DNA of 64,000 nt from a bacterium. Its GTDB lineage: Bacteria > Electryoneota > Electryoneia > Electryoneales > Electryoneaceae. Each line of letters starts with the position of its first letter. The stretch's first letter is position 1. The notes beneath the pieces are model-generated. The model worked only from the letters and a program-made list of their open reading frames with translations, was not told where the DNA came from and did not search any database. The position numbers were made by a program, and so were the translations under genes. This document shows, piece by piece, positions 47,954 through 56,360 of this stretch. The stretch covers positions 992,001 through 1,056,000 of the forward strand of contig CAXXKJ010000002.1 of assembly GCA_963675295.2 (NCBI GenBank). Direction: 5' to 3'.

Positions 47954-48949
47954 ATGAACACAATCCCCCGGATTCTCGTTGCTGAGGATGAACTTGATAC
48001 CCGTGAGGTTCTCGGGCAGATGCTCGAGGCATTGGGATACGAGGCTCAACTCGCCGAGAACGGAAAAGACGCATTTGAAGCGGTGACCAGCCGCCCACCC
48101 GACCTGGTGCTCAGCGATGTGATGATGCCGGTGATGGACGGGTTTGAGCTGTGCCAACGCATAAAAACCAACCCGGAAACGCGCCTCGTGCCGGTTGTTC
48201 TTCTGACCGGACTCGGTGGTGTGGAGGACCGCGTACGCGGTATCGATTCCGGGGCGGACGATTTTATCTCCAAGCCGTTCCAGCTGTCCGAACTCGCCGC
48301 GCGGATTCGTTCCCTCCTGCGTTTGAAGCAGTTTACCGATGACCTTGAACGTGCCGAATCGATCATCTTCTCGCTCGCGATGACGGTGGAAGCGAAGGAC
48401 TCCTACACCGAGGGCCACTGCAAGCGGCTGTCGTCGTATTCGGTGGAAATCGGCAAGCGTCTCGGTGTGAGCGAGGATGACCTGCAGGCGTTGCAGCGTG
48501 GCGGAATTCTGCATGACATCGGCAAGATCTCGATTCCGGATGCGATCCTCCTGAAGCCGGGACCTTTGTCGCCGGAAGAGCGCGAGATCATGCGCACACA
48601 TCCGATCCGTGGTGAGGAAATCTGCAAGCCGTTGCGTAGTCTGCAGCCGAGTCTGCCGATCATCCGTCATCATCATGAACGGATGGATGGCACCGGTTAT
48701 CCGGATCAGCTGGTGGGTGAGGACATCCCACTGAACGCGCGTATTATCGCCGCAGTCGATTTCGTTGACGCGCTGGTGACTGAACGACCGTACCGAGGCC
48801 CGTTACCGATGAAGGAGGCGTTGCGAATGGCGCACGCCGCCGTGGAAAACGGGCATCTCGATAGCAACGTGGTTAAAACCGTGGAGGAATTTGTACGCAG
48901 CCTCGGTCAAGACTGGACCGCGGGCGACCCGAAAATGAATGGCTTCTGA
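47954..48949 (+). CDS. REC + HD-GYP response regulator (RpfG-like c-di-GMP phosphodiesterase)
   Basis: ILVAEDE, LSDVMMP, SKPF; YTEGHC, LHDIGK, HHERMDGTGYP, RPYR. Confidence 0.95.
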   Translation: MNTIPRILVAEDELDTREVLGQMLEALGYEAQLAENGKDAFEAVTSRPPDLVLSDVMMPVMDGFELCQRIKTNPETRLVPVVLLTGLGGVEDRVRGIDSGADDFISKPFQLSELAARIRSLLRLKQFTDDLERAESIIFSLAMTVEAKDSYTEGHCKRLSSYSVEIGKRLGVSEDDLQALQRGGILHDIGKISIPDAILLKPGPLSPEEREIMRTHPIRGEEICKPLRSLQPSLPIIRHHHERMDGTGYPDQLVGEDIPLNARIIAAVDFVDALVTERPYRGPLPMKEALRMAHAAVENGHLDSNVVKTVEEFVRSLGQDWTAGDPKMNGF

Positions 48950-49005
48950 GTCCTACCACCGCGGCATTCCACCTGCGAGTGCCCATCAGTTTGGGAGGAA
49001 TCCCC

Positions 49006-50511
49006 ATGCAGCCTGTCGCACAAGAACGTCCTTCTAGCACCACCCCCGTCGTAACGCCACTCCATGCCATGCTCGACATCGGCAGCAATGCAATGAAACT
49101 GGCGGTTTGCAGCTATCCCGAAGCAAATTCATTCCGCACCGTCCACCTCGATGAGCGAATAACTCGACTCAACCGGGGGATCGACGACGAAGGCAACATC
49201 GATGAGGCGACGATTGAGCGTGTCCTCGATGCTGCCGCATACCTGATTCAGGAAGCGGAGAATCGCGGCGCGGTTGTACGTGGCGCGGTTGGCACCGCAG
49301 CCTTGCGCAAGGCGAATAACGCCGTCGAGCTGATCAACCGGCTCAACGATGAGCACGGAGTCAGCACCCGCATCCTGACACCGAAAGAAGAAGCCACTGC
49401 GGGATTTTACGCCGTGCGTGAGGTTCAGTTGGCGCAGAAGGAACGTGTCAACGGACACGGATTCAAGCCGCTGGTCACCTTCGACCTTGGCGGCCGGTCG
49501 GTGGAGATGACGGTGGGTTCCGGTGCGATTCCGGAATCGTACATCAGCCTCGAGCTGGGGGCCAGCCACCTGTGGAAGTCCGCGCCGACCAGTGATCCAC
49601 CTGTGCCGGCGGAACTGGAACATATCAAGAACGTCGTCCGGGAACAGTTGAAACATGTCGAACGTCCGCCGCGTGACGCCGAAGTCACATTAATTGGCGC
49701 GACCGCGACGACGCTCACCGGCTATGTTCCGATGCTGCTGGCGAAGGAACACGGGCCGGACGCGATCAACTACCTCGATCGTGATATCGTGCGTGCTCTG
49801 GTAGAGAAGCTATCGCAGATGACAGTCAGCCAGCGGCGGCAGTTGCCGGGCAATCCGTTGCGTGCGGACATCATCCTGCACGGTGCGATCGCCATCGAGC
49901 AGGCGTTCAAATACCTCGGGTTCCGTCACGCGGAAGTGTCGCCGGACGGCGTCGCGGCCGGGACGATGATCTCCGAATTGAAGGGGATGCCGCTCGATTT
50001 CGAGCCGGTGCATGTGCGGCTGCCGGGTGTAAACTTCCGGCCGTTCACGCGGTCGGACCGGTCTGGTGAGGTGCTGTTCGCACTACGCCGCAGCGACGGT
50101 CGGATCTGCCTGCAACGCAAGATCGATTACCCGTCCGGGATCTATCGCATCCCGGGTGGAGGGGTGGATCGCGGCGAAGACGTACAGGCGGCCTACCACC
50201 GGGAACTTTACGAGGAAACCGGGTTGCAGGGCATTCGTTCGGTACCGTTGGCGACGTTGACCTACACGGGACCGGATGAGTACACGCTGCCGTTCGAAAG
50301 CCGGTTGTACCTGGCTGAAATCGGGGACGCTGACCCAATGCCGATCGATTCGGACGAAGGCATCGAGGATTATGCGCCGGTGGCACCGGAAAACCTGCCG
50401 CTGTGGGTGGACCGGCTGGAAATGCTGAGTGGCAGCATGCAGGCGTGGGGCATTTTCCGCGCGGCGGCGGTGCGCACGCTGATTGACAGGTTGCAGAACA
50501 TCCCGGTGTGA
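49006..50511 (+). CDS. Ppx/GppA-family phosphatase fused to a C-terminal Nudix hydrolase
   Basis: DIGSNAMKL, GTAALRKANN, EEA, DLGGRSVE, RADII; Nudix box GGVDRGEDVQAAYHRELYEETGL; GGGAGG RBS before ATG 49006. Confidence 0.9.
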   Translation: MQPVAQERPSSTTPVVTPLHAMLDIGSNAMKLAVCSYPEANSFRTVHLDERITRLNRGIDDEGNIDEATIERVLDAAAYLIQEAENRGAVVRGAVGTAALRKANNAVELINRLNDEHGVSTRILTPKEEATAGFYAVREVQLAQKERVNGHGFKPLVTFDLGGRSVEMTVGSGAIPESYISLELGASHLWKSAPTSDPPVPAELEHIKNVVREQLKHVERPPRDAEVTLIGATATTLTGYVPMLLAKEHGPDAINYLDRDIVRALVEKLSQMTVSQRRQLPGNPLRADIILHGAIAIEQAFKYLGFRHAEVSPDGVAAGTMISELKGMPLDFEPVHVRLPGVNFRPFTRSDRSGEVLFALRRSDGRICLQRKIDYPSGIYRIPGGGVDRGEDVQAAYHRELYEETGLQGIRSVPLATLTYTGPDEYTLPFESRLYLAEIGDADPMPIDSDEGIEDYAPVAPENLPLWVDRLEMLSGSMQAWGIFRAAAVRTLIDRLQNIPV

Positions 50512-50545
50512 GTTGGAGGAGTTCTGAGGTAAACGCAGACACAAT

Positions 50546-50574
50546 AATGTCCCGGTTCACGCCGGGACATTTTT
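50546..50574 (+). terminator. Intrinsic terminator
   Basis: AATGTCCCGG-TTCACG-CCGGGACATT-TTT. Confidence 0.75.
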
Positions 50575-50611
50575 ATGGTGGACAGGTGAAGCGTGTCCAT
50601 GAGGGAAGAAG

Positions 50612-50904
50612 CGTGCCCGCGTGTATGACGTGCCGGTGTCCGCTTGCGGACGCGGACCTGATACCGATCATTCAACGTGTTGGATCAGCCGCGGTAGCGA
50701 GAAGAAGCTCCCGCGGGTACCGACAGCGAGCTCGTCAGGATAATCCCGGACTGAAGTCCGAGGGCATGTCCGTTAAGGTACGGTGTCGGTGTTGTATCAC
50801 GAGCGGAGGATCCACGACATGAATGTCGTGGGAATAAATCACACACTGGTTACGTTGTCCGTTCCAGGAGCAACATACCCGCGTTTGCAAGCAAACACGG
50901 GCAC
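50612..50904. repeat. Dense REP-like cluster
   Basis: GTGCCGGTGTCCGCTTGCGGACGCGGACC (50630-50658); CCCGGACTGAAGTCCGAGGGCAT; CCACGACATGAATGTCGTGG; CCCGCGTTTGCAAGCAAACACGGGCAC (50878-50904). Confidence 0.8.
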
Positions 50905-50911
50905 TTTATTT

Positions 50912-51045
50912 TCTCAAGTCTCAAGTCTCAAGTTTCAAGTCTCAAGTCTCAAGTCTCAAGTCTCAAGTCTCAAGTCTCAAGTCTCAAGTCTCACGTTTCA
51001 CGTCTCAGATCACAGGTCCAGATCTCCAGACTCAGGTCTCAAGTC
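50912..51045. repeat. Heptamer microsatellite (TCTCAAG)~11 with degenerate tail
   Basis: 11 near-perfect units at 50912-50988, then decaying units up to the stop codon at 51046. Confidence 0.95.
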
Positions 51046-53343
51046 TTACTTCAGCAGAAGAACCTTCTGCATCGTGGCGATACCACCAGGCTGCTGAAGT
51101 TGGATGAAGTACACACCGCTGGCCAGATCGCCTGCGTTGAATGAAACGGTGTGCTCACCGGCTGCCAGTTGATCGTCACTGAGCCGCATCACTTCTCGTC
51201 CCTGAACGTTGTACAGCCGCAGGGACACCGATCCTTCTGATGGCAGGGTGAAGCTGACCGAAGCGGCTTCGTTGAACGGATTCGGGTGCACGCTCAGCGC
51301 GTGAGACACACCGCCGGGATCCTCACCTGGTGGCGGTGGTGGGGCGGGAATGTCGCCTTGCGAGTCGAGTTCCTTACTGAAGTAAAAATACGCGGATTCG
51401 TCGATGACACCCGGAAACTCACCGGTGTAGGCGTCCAGGCTGTACCGTCCACCCGGGGCGTTGGGTGGAACATTCATTGTCTGCCCCGTGATGGTGGTGA
51501 AGCCGGGCTCAGCGGTGAGCAATTGCTGATCAGGGTCGCCATAGTTATCGCCGTCTGGCAGCCTGACCTGTGACCACAGATCGGTGGTGACGGGGTCCGG
51601 TGAATCGTTGGCGATGATATAGAAGTACTCCAGCGTGCCACCGTTCTCCGCGATCAGGGACGTTGTCGTTTCGGCGTACAGTTCCAGCGGGAATCCACGT
51701 TCCTCGAGATAGACCTGCAGGTCGTCAATGGTCACACCGGGCCGTTGGATGAAGGCGTCCGAGGCAAAGTAGAATCCGAGCCACACCTGCTGGCCCTGGT
51801 AGGCGCTGAGGTCGAACTCGACCGGTACCCAGATACTGTTGTTCGGGCCGGTGTTGTTGAAGCAGGGCTGCCAGCCGTTCACCCAGACGCCGTCCGTATC
51901 GGGATAGCCGCCGATGGGTTCGAGCAGTGTCCACGTGTCGCCAGCGTCGGTGGAAATCTGGACGTTGTAGCCGTCATAGTCCTCGATACTGTACCAGTGC
52001 CAGTAGCTGAGACGCGCGTTTCCACTAATCACGCGGAAGGATTGCAAAGTTATCAGCCAATCCTGCGCCAGCGGGAGGTAGTTGCCGTCGTGGCGAGTGC
52101 CCCAGGCATGTTCGCCCGAATGAGCCTGGTCCGGCTGGTTTTCCGGAGCCCCGTATTCCCAGTTATTATTGCCATCGTCCGCGGACAGCCGTCCCCGGTT
52201 TACCTCCATCGTGCTGATGTAATTCTGAGCCATTGGCTGTGGGAATTTGTACAACTCGATCGCGGTTGTCGTTGACGGTGCCACGATCTGCACATCAACG
52301 GTTTCTGAGTAGAATCCCTCAGCGCGGGCGTAGACTTCGATCGTCTGCCCTTCAACAAATGGTCCGATGTTGAACCTACCGTCTGCCGCACTGACGACGG
52401 AGTAATTGGTCGTCTGCACGGTCGCATCGGGGATCGGCTTGGCGGAGATGGCATTACGGACGATACCGTGGATGAACACGGTTGGTTCGACCAGGTCAAA
52501 CTGGACTGACAGGCTGTCGTGCAGCAGGTCGGCCGGCATCGCGTTCAGCAGATATTGCGTACCGATGGAACCGTCATCATTCTGAATACCGACGGTGCAG
52601 CTTTCGGTGTGCATTTCTTCATCAATATCAAGGTATTGAATGCGGATCTTGCCGTCATCACGCAGCAGCAGCTGTGCGGTGACATTGTCCTGATCCGGCC
52701 CATCGGGATATTCATCAATCTCGATAAAGGAGATGATGAGCACCTGGTGCCCGCCGATTTCACGGGTCTCGTAGTAGATGTTGCCACCATCAACGCCGTT
52801 GTCCGGATCCAGATCATCCCAGAACCAGGCGATCATTGATCCATAAAACGGCGACGGGATCGGGTAGTTCAACGCAAAGACAAAGGTTGGGAAAAAGCTG
52901 ATAACGCCGTTCGACTGTACCCAGAACTGGGTTTTGGTTTCGCCGTAGAATGGGAACTCGAAGCCGATCTCGAACGGGCCAACAACGTCCTCATCGTCCA
53001 GCATGTATTGCGCGGCGATCTCTTCGCCGGTTTGGGTGATATCGTACCAGGTGAACCCGGGGCCGTCCTCTTCATCGCTGTCGATCGCTCGGTACCCGAA
53101 GGCATCCGGGCCGGTCTGGAGGTCGATCTGGTTGCGGTCGTATCGGATGTAGGGGCGCAGCAGATTGATTTGCGCGGGAGTCAGCGATTCGCCCTCGCTC
53201 CATGCCTCAACGGCCTGCTTGAAGAGGGGAGAGCGGAGATCAATGGCGGTTCCCTCCGCCGGATCCGGGCTGACCTTGGCAATCGCCAGACCAGAGAGGA
53301 ACAGGAGGGTGAACAATGCAAGGATGGTGGTTCGGTAGTGCAT
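51046..53343 (-). CDS. Secreted multidomain protein (nidogen-like, CP-regulatory-like, jelly-roll/cleaved-adhesin-like, pre-CTD, CTD)
   Basis: Signal peptide from MHYRTT; GPDAFGY, WFWDDLDP, LSYWHWY..DGYNVQIS; VHPNPFN...QKVLLLK*. Confidence 0.88.
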   Translation of the reverse strand: MHYRTTILALFTLLFLSGLAIAKVSPDPAEGTAIDLRSPLFKQAVEAWSEGESLTPAQINLLRPYIRYDRNQIDLQTGPDAFGYRAIDSDEEDGPGFTWYDITQTGEEIAAQYMLDDEDVVGPFEIGFEFPFYGETKTQFWVQSNGVISFFPTFVFALNYPIPSPFYGSMIAWFWDDLDPDNGVDGGNIYYETREIGGHQVLIISFIEIDEYPDGPDQDNVTAQLLLRDDGKIRIQYLDIDEEMHTESCTVGIQNDDGSIGTQYLLNAMPADLLHDSLSVQFDLVEPTVFIHGIVRNAISAKPIPDATVQTTNYSVVSAADGRFNIGPFVEGQTIEVYARAEGFYSETVDVQIVAPSTTTAIELYKFPQPMAQNYISTMEVNRGRLSADDGNNNWEYGAPENQPDQAHSGEHAWGTRHDGNYLPLAQDWLITLQSFRVISGNARLSYWHWYSIEDYDGYNVQISTDAGDTWTLLEPIGGYPDTDGVWVNGWQPCFNNTGPNNSIWVPVEFDLSAYQGQQVWLGFYFASDAFIQRPGVTIDDLQVYLEERGFPLELYAETTTSLIAENGGTLEYFYIIANDSPDPVTTDLWSQVRLPDGDNYGDPDQQLLTAEPGFTTITGQTMNVPPNAPGGRYSLDAYTGEFPGVIDESAYFYFSKELDSQGDIPAPPPPPGEDPGGVSHALSVHPNPFNEAASVSFTLPSEGSVSLRLYNVQGREVMRLSDDQLAAGEHTVSFNAGDLASGVYFIQLQQPGGIATMQKVLLLK

Positions 53344-53567
53344 TCCGTTTTTCCTTCTGGCAATGGCGTGCATTGGGTACGCCGGATATGATTGTGTGTT
53401 TCTGGAACTTTATTTCCGGAAAACAAGCTGCTGTCCGCGAATGCAAAGATCAAGCACGGTGTGGAAGAATATACGGATAATGTACGAAAACGGAGCCCCG
53501 GATGGCTTGACTGAAGATGCCTGTCTGCAAATTCATTCTGGCCATCGAATCCGGCCTCCGGAACGGT

Positions 53568-53603
53568 AAAACAGGGACACTCGCCGCGGCAAGTGTCCCT
53601 GTT
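53568..53603 (-). terminator. Intrinsic terminator
   Basis: AACAGGGACACT-N10-AGTGTCCCTGTT, with a T run on the minus strand. Confidence 0.75.
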
Positions 53604-53661
53604 GTTGTGTACCACTGCCTGAGCCTGTTGGCTCAGATTCGTTCAGCACGAAGGTGCTGAA

Positions 53662-56001
53662 TTACTTCATCAGGGTAACCTTCTGCATCGCGTTCAGCTG
53701 ACCCGGAACGGTCGCACGGACAAAGTACAGACCGCTGGCGAGGTTGCTGCCATCGAGCACGAAGTTGTGGGTACCCGCCTGGAACTGACCGCTGGCGAGT
53801 GTGGCAACTTCCTGACCCATGATGTTGAAGACCGACACGGTCAGCTCAGCCGTTTCCGGCAGGGCGATGTTGACGTTAGCGGTCGGGTTGAACGGGTTCG
53901 GGTAGACGTTGGACATCTCATACGTCGTCGGCAGACCCGCTTCAGCGGTTTCACCAGCCACACCGAAGCCACGGAAGACGAGATCCGGCGCACCGACGGA
54001 GGCCGTGTTCATGCCTTCCTTGGTGAACATGGCGGAGCCCATCGCGGCGATGTAACCCTGCTGAATCGCGCCAACCATCACGTTGAACTGGTAGTCACCA
54101 GCGCCCGCACCAGCCGGCACCCAGACGCAAACGTTGTCAAAGTAGGTGGTTCCCGGGGGGAACTCCATGCAGTAGAAGCCGAACGGACCGGCAACACACT
54201 GTCCCGGGCAGTAGACATTCGCCCAGATCAGCGCGGTGTGGCTCATCTGCGTGTTGTTGTTGACCGTCACGTTGAAGCAAGCATAGCCACCGTCCATCGG
54301 AATGATCGGGGTGGTGCATTCAACGATCACTTCGTACATCGGCGGCGCGGCGCAGAGGTAATCCATCACCACGGCGATGATGTCTTCCCGCGTCCAGTCA
54401 ACGTTATCCTCGAGCATACCAACTTCGAAGCTGAACAGCGCGACGTCGTTGTTGACCACGCCACAGCCGAAGTTGTCAGCCGGGTTAACGAGGATCTGTG
54501 TACCAGCCGCGGACGGAATCAGCTCGTCGATAAAGCTGTTTTCACCGAGGTAGTTCATGTCGAGACCGGCCAGGTCGTTTTCACCCAGTACGTTGACGAG
54601 GTCGCCCGAGCCGTCGTTCGCGCCATCAAGCGGCAGCAGCGGCAGCAGGTTCGCCGGCGGTGTGTAGCCGAAGTTGTCGCCACCTTCGAAATACAGCTTG
54701 CCACCACCGTTGAGGAAATCGATGATCAGGGTTTCTTCCGGAGAATCGGTCGCGATGTCAAAGTCATTCGGATAGATACCGGTGAACAGGAAGACCTTGT
54801 CGTAGTTGAACCAATCGTACGCGAAGAAATCGTTCGTGTACAACGTGGTGTAGCCAAGACCCTGCAGGATGCCGTTAATTGCCGGACCGGAGTCGAGCGT
54901 CGCATCAACGTCAACCACGAGCACATCCGCATCCAGGTTGACCGGGTCAAGATAGAAGTCCACGGTATTGGCACCCGGCAGAATGTCCACGTCGCCGGAC
55001 TGGCCGTTGTACCCAGGAGCGCCCACGGTCCAGGCGAACATACCGGAATACAGGCTGGGGAATTCGTAGAAACCGGAACCGTCGGTCATCGTGCTGTTGC
55101 CGCCGAGGGTCACCGTCGCATCAACGATCGGATCGTTGGTGTCGGCATCGTAGACATAACCACTGAGGCTCGCATCGGGGCCGCCAGCCGGCGGGTAGAA
55201 CTCAATCGCGAGGCCGGCATACGGATAGTCAACTGGGGTCGTGTTGTAGTCGGCCTGCAGATAGTTTACGCCACCACCATCTTCGATACCGATGGTTTGC
55301 GAATCAACCGGCCATGGGTCAACGAACTCCGCATACTGAGTCAGGATCGTGCCGTCTTCAAACAGAATGAGCTGGCCAGTCATCGAGCCTGACGACGGGC
55401 TTGAGTAATGCGCGCAGTCGATGTACGACATAACCAGCGCCTGCTGGCTGCCGATGGTGACCGTCTCATAGTATACAGCGCCGTACAAACCGCTGTTGAT
55501 GTTGAAGTCGTCCCAGCACCAGGCGATCACCGGACCAGCGAATCCCGGCAGCGCTTGATTGGTAAAGGAAGCACTGCCACCGAGGTCGACCAATGCCACA
55601 ACACCATTCGAATGGACGTAGAAATCGGTGTAGGTGTTCCCATAGAACGGGAAGCTGAAGCCGATGGGCAACGGACCTTCACGATCGTCATCACTCAGGA
55701 ACTGACCGATTTCTGTACCGGTTGCGGTGATGTCGACCCAGTCATAAACCGGACCGTCGCCTTCTTCACTGTCCTTGTACGTGTAGCCGAATGCATCCGG
55801 ACCACCAGTGTAGTCGATCTGACCCGGGTTTTCCCGGTAGATCCTCAGGTCACGCAGAACCTGATACTGGTAATCGGTCAGCTGCTGTCCGCTTTCCCAG
55901 GCAGCGACAGCATCCGTAACTGTTGCCTTGTCGTAATCAACTGCGAAAACAGCACCCGCAGCGATCATCAATCCGAGGCACACCAACAAGAGCTTTTTCA
56001 T
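53662..56001 (-). CDS. Secreted multidomain protein (nidogen-like, CP-regulatory-like, Cys-rich pre-CTD, CTD)
   Basis: MKKLLL signal peptide; GGPDAFGY; VYPNPFN...QKVTLMK*. Confidence 0.9.
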   Translation of the reverse strand: MKKLLLVCLGLMIAAGAVFAVDYDKATVTDAVAAWESGQQLTDYQYQVLRDLRIYRENPGQIDYTGGPDAFGYTYKDSEEGDGPVYDWVDITATGTEIGQFLSDDDREGPLPIGFSFPFYGNTYTDFYVHSNGVVALVDLGGSASFTNQALPGFAGPVIAWCWDDFNINSGLYGAVYYETVTIGSQQALVMSYIDCAHYSSPSSGSMTGQLILFEDGTILTQYAEFVDPWPVDSQTIGIEDGGGVNYLQADYNTTPVDYPYAGLAIEFYPPAGGPDASLSGYVYDADTNDPIVDATVTLGGNSTMTDGSGFYEFPSLYSGMFAWTVGAPGYNGQSGDVDILPGANTVDFYLDPVNLDADVLVVDVDATLDSGPAINGILQGLGYTTLYTNDFFAYDWFNYDKVFLFTGIYPNDFDIATDSPEETLIIDFLNGGGKLYFEGGDNFGYTPPANLLPLLPLDGANDGSGDLVNVLGENDLAGLDMNYLGENSFIDELIPSAAGTQILVNPADNFGCGVVNNDVALFSFEVGMLEDNVDWTREDIIAVVMDYLCAAPPMYEVIVECTTPIIPMDGGYACFNVTVNNNTQMSHTALIWANVYCPGQCVAGPFGFYCMEFPPGTTYFDNVCVWVPAGAGAGDYQFNVMVGAIQQGYIAAMGSAMFTKEGMNTASVGAPDLVFRGFGVAGETAEAGLPTTYEMSNVYPNPFNPTANVNIALPETAELTVSVFNIMGQEVATLASGQFQAGTHNFVLDGSNLASGLYFVRATVPGQLNAMQKVTLMK

Positions 56002-56301
56002 CCTTCTCCCTCTCTGTGTTTGATCCAACGAGCATCTTTTTGAACTCGTTACCAAAGCTCAACCATGTGAATCGGCTGCGATCAAATCAGAGCGGGCCAT
56101 GCAAATGCCGATTTATCCTTCCTTCCCGAAGGATATAATGATTGCCAAAGGGTACTCAACTCGGTTTGAAAAAAATTCAAAATTCATCATTTATCCATAA
56201 ATTCCAAATACAACATGTGCGAAAGTTAGCCTCGTCACGGATCTCATTGATATTGTGCTTTTTAGGGATTTCCTGTATTTATAATTATTCCGAGAATAAC
56301 A

Positions 56302-56334
56302 GAAAACGCCACCGGCCTCCAGGAGCCAGTGGCG
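56302..56334 (-). terminator. Probable intrinsic terminator
   Basis: CGCCAC.GGC-N8-GCC.GTGGCG, with TTTT on the minus strand. Confidence 0.6.
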
Positions 56335-56360
56335 CAATCTTGTCTCTCAATTTTAGCCGA

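Noticed and set aside
53767-55392. Long antisense ORFs (also 4936-6174, 8036-9316, 28052-29584, 43914-45062, 58095-59027)
   Set aside because: Shadows of strongly codon-biased genes on the opposite strand, with no recognisable motifs.
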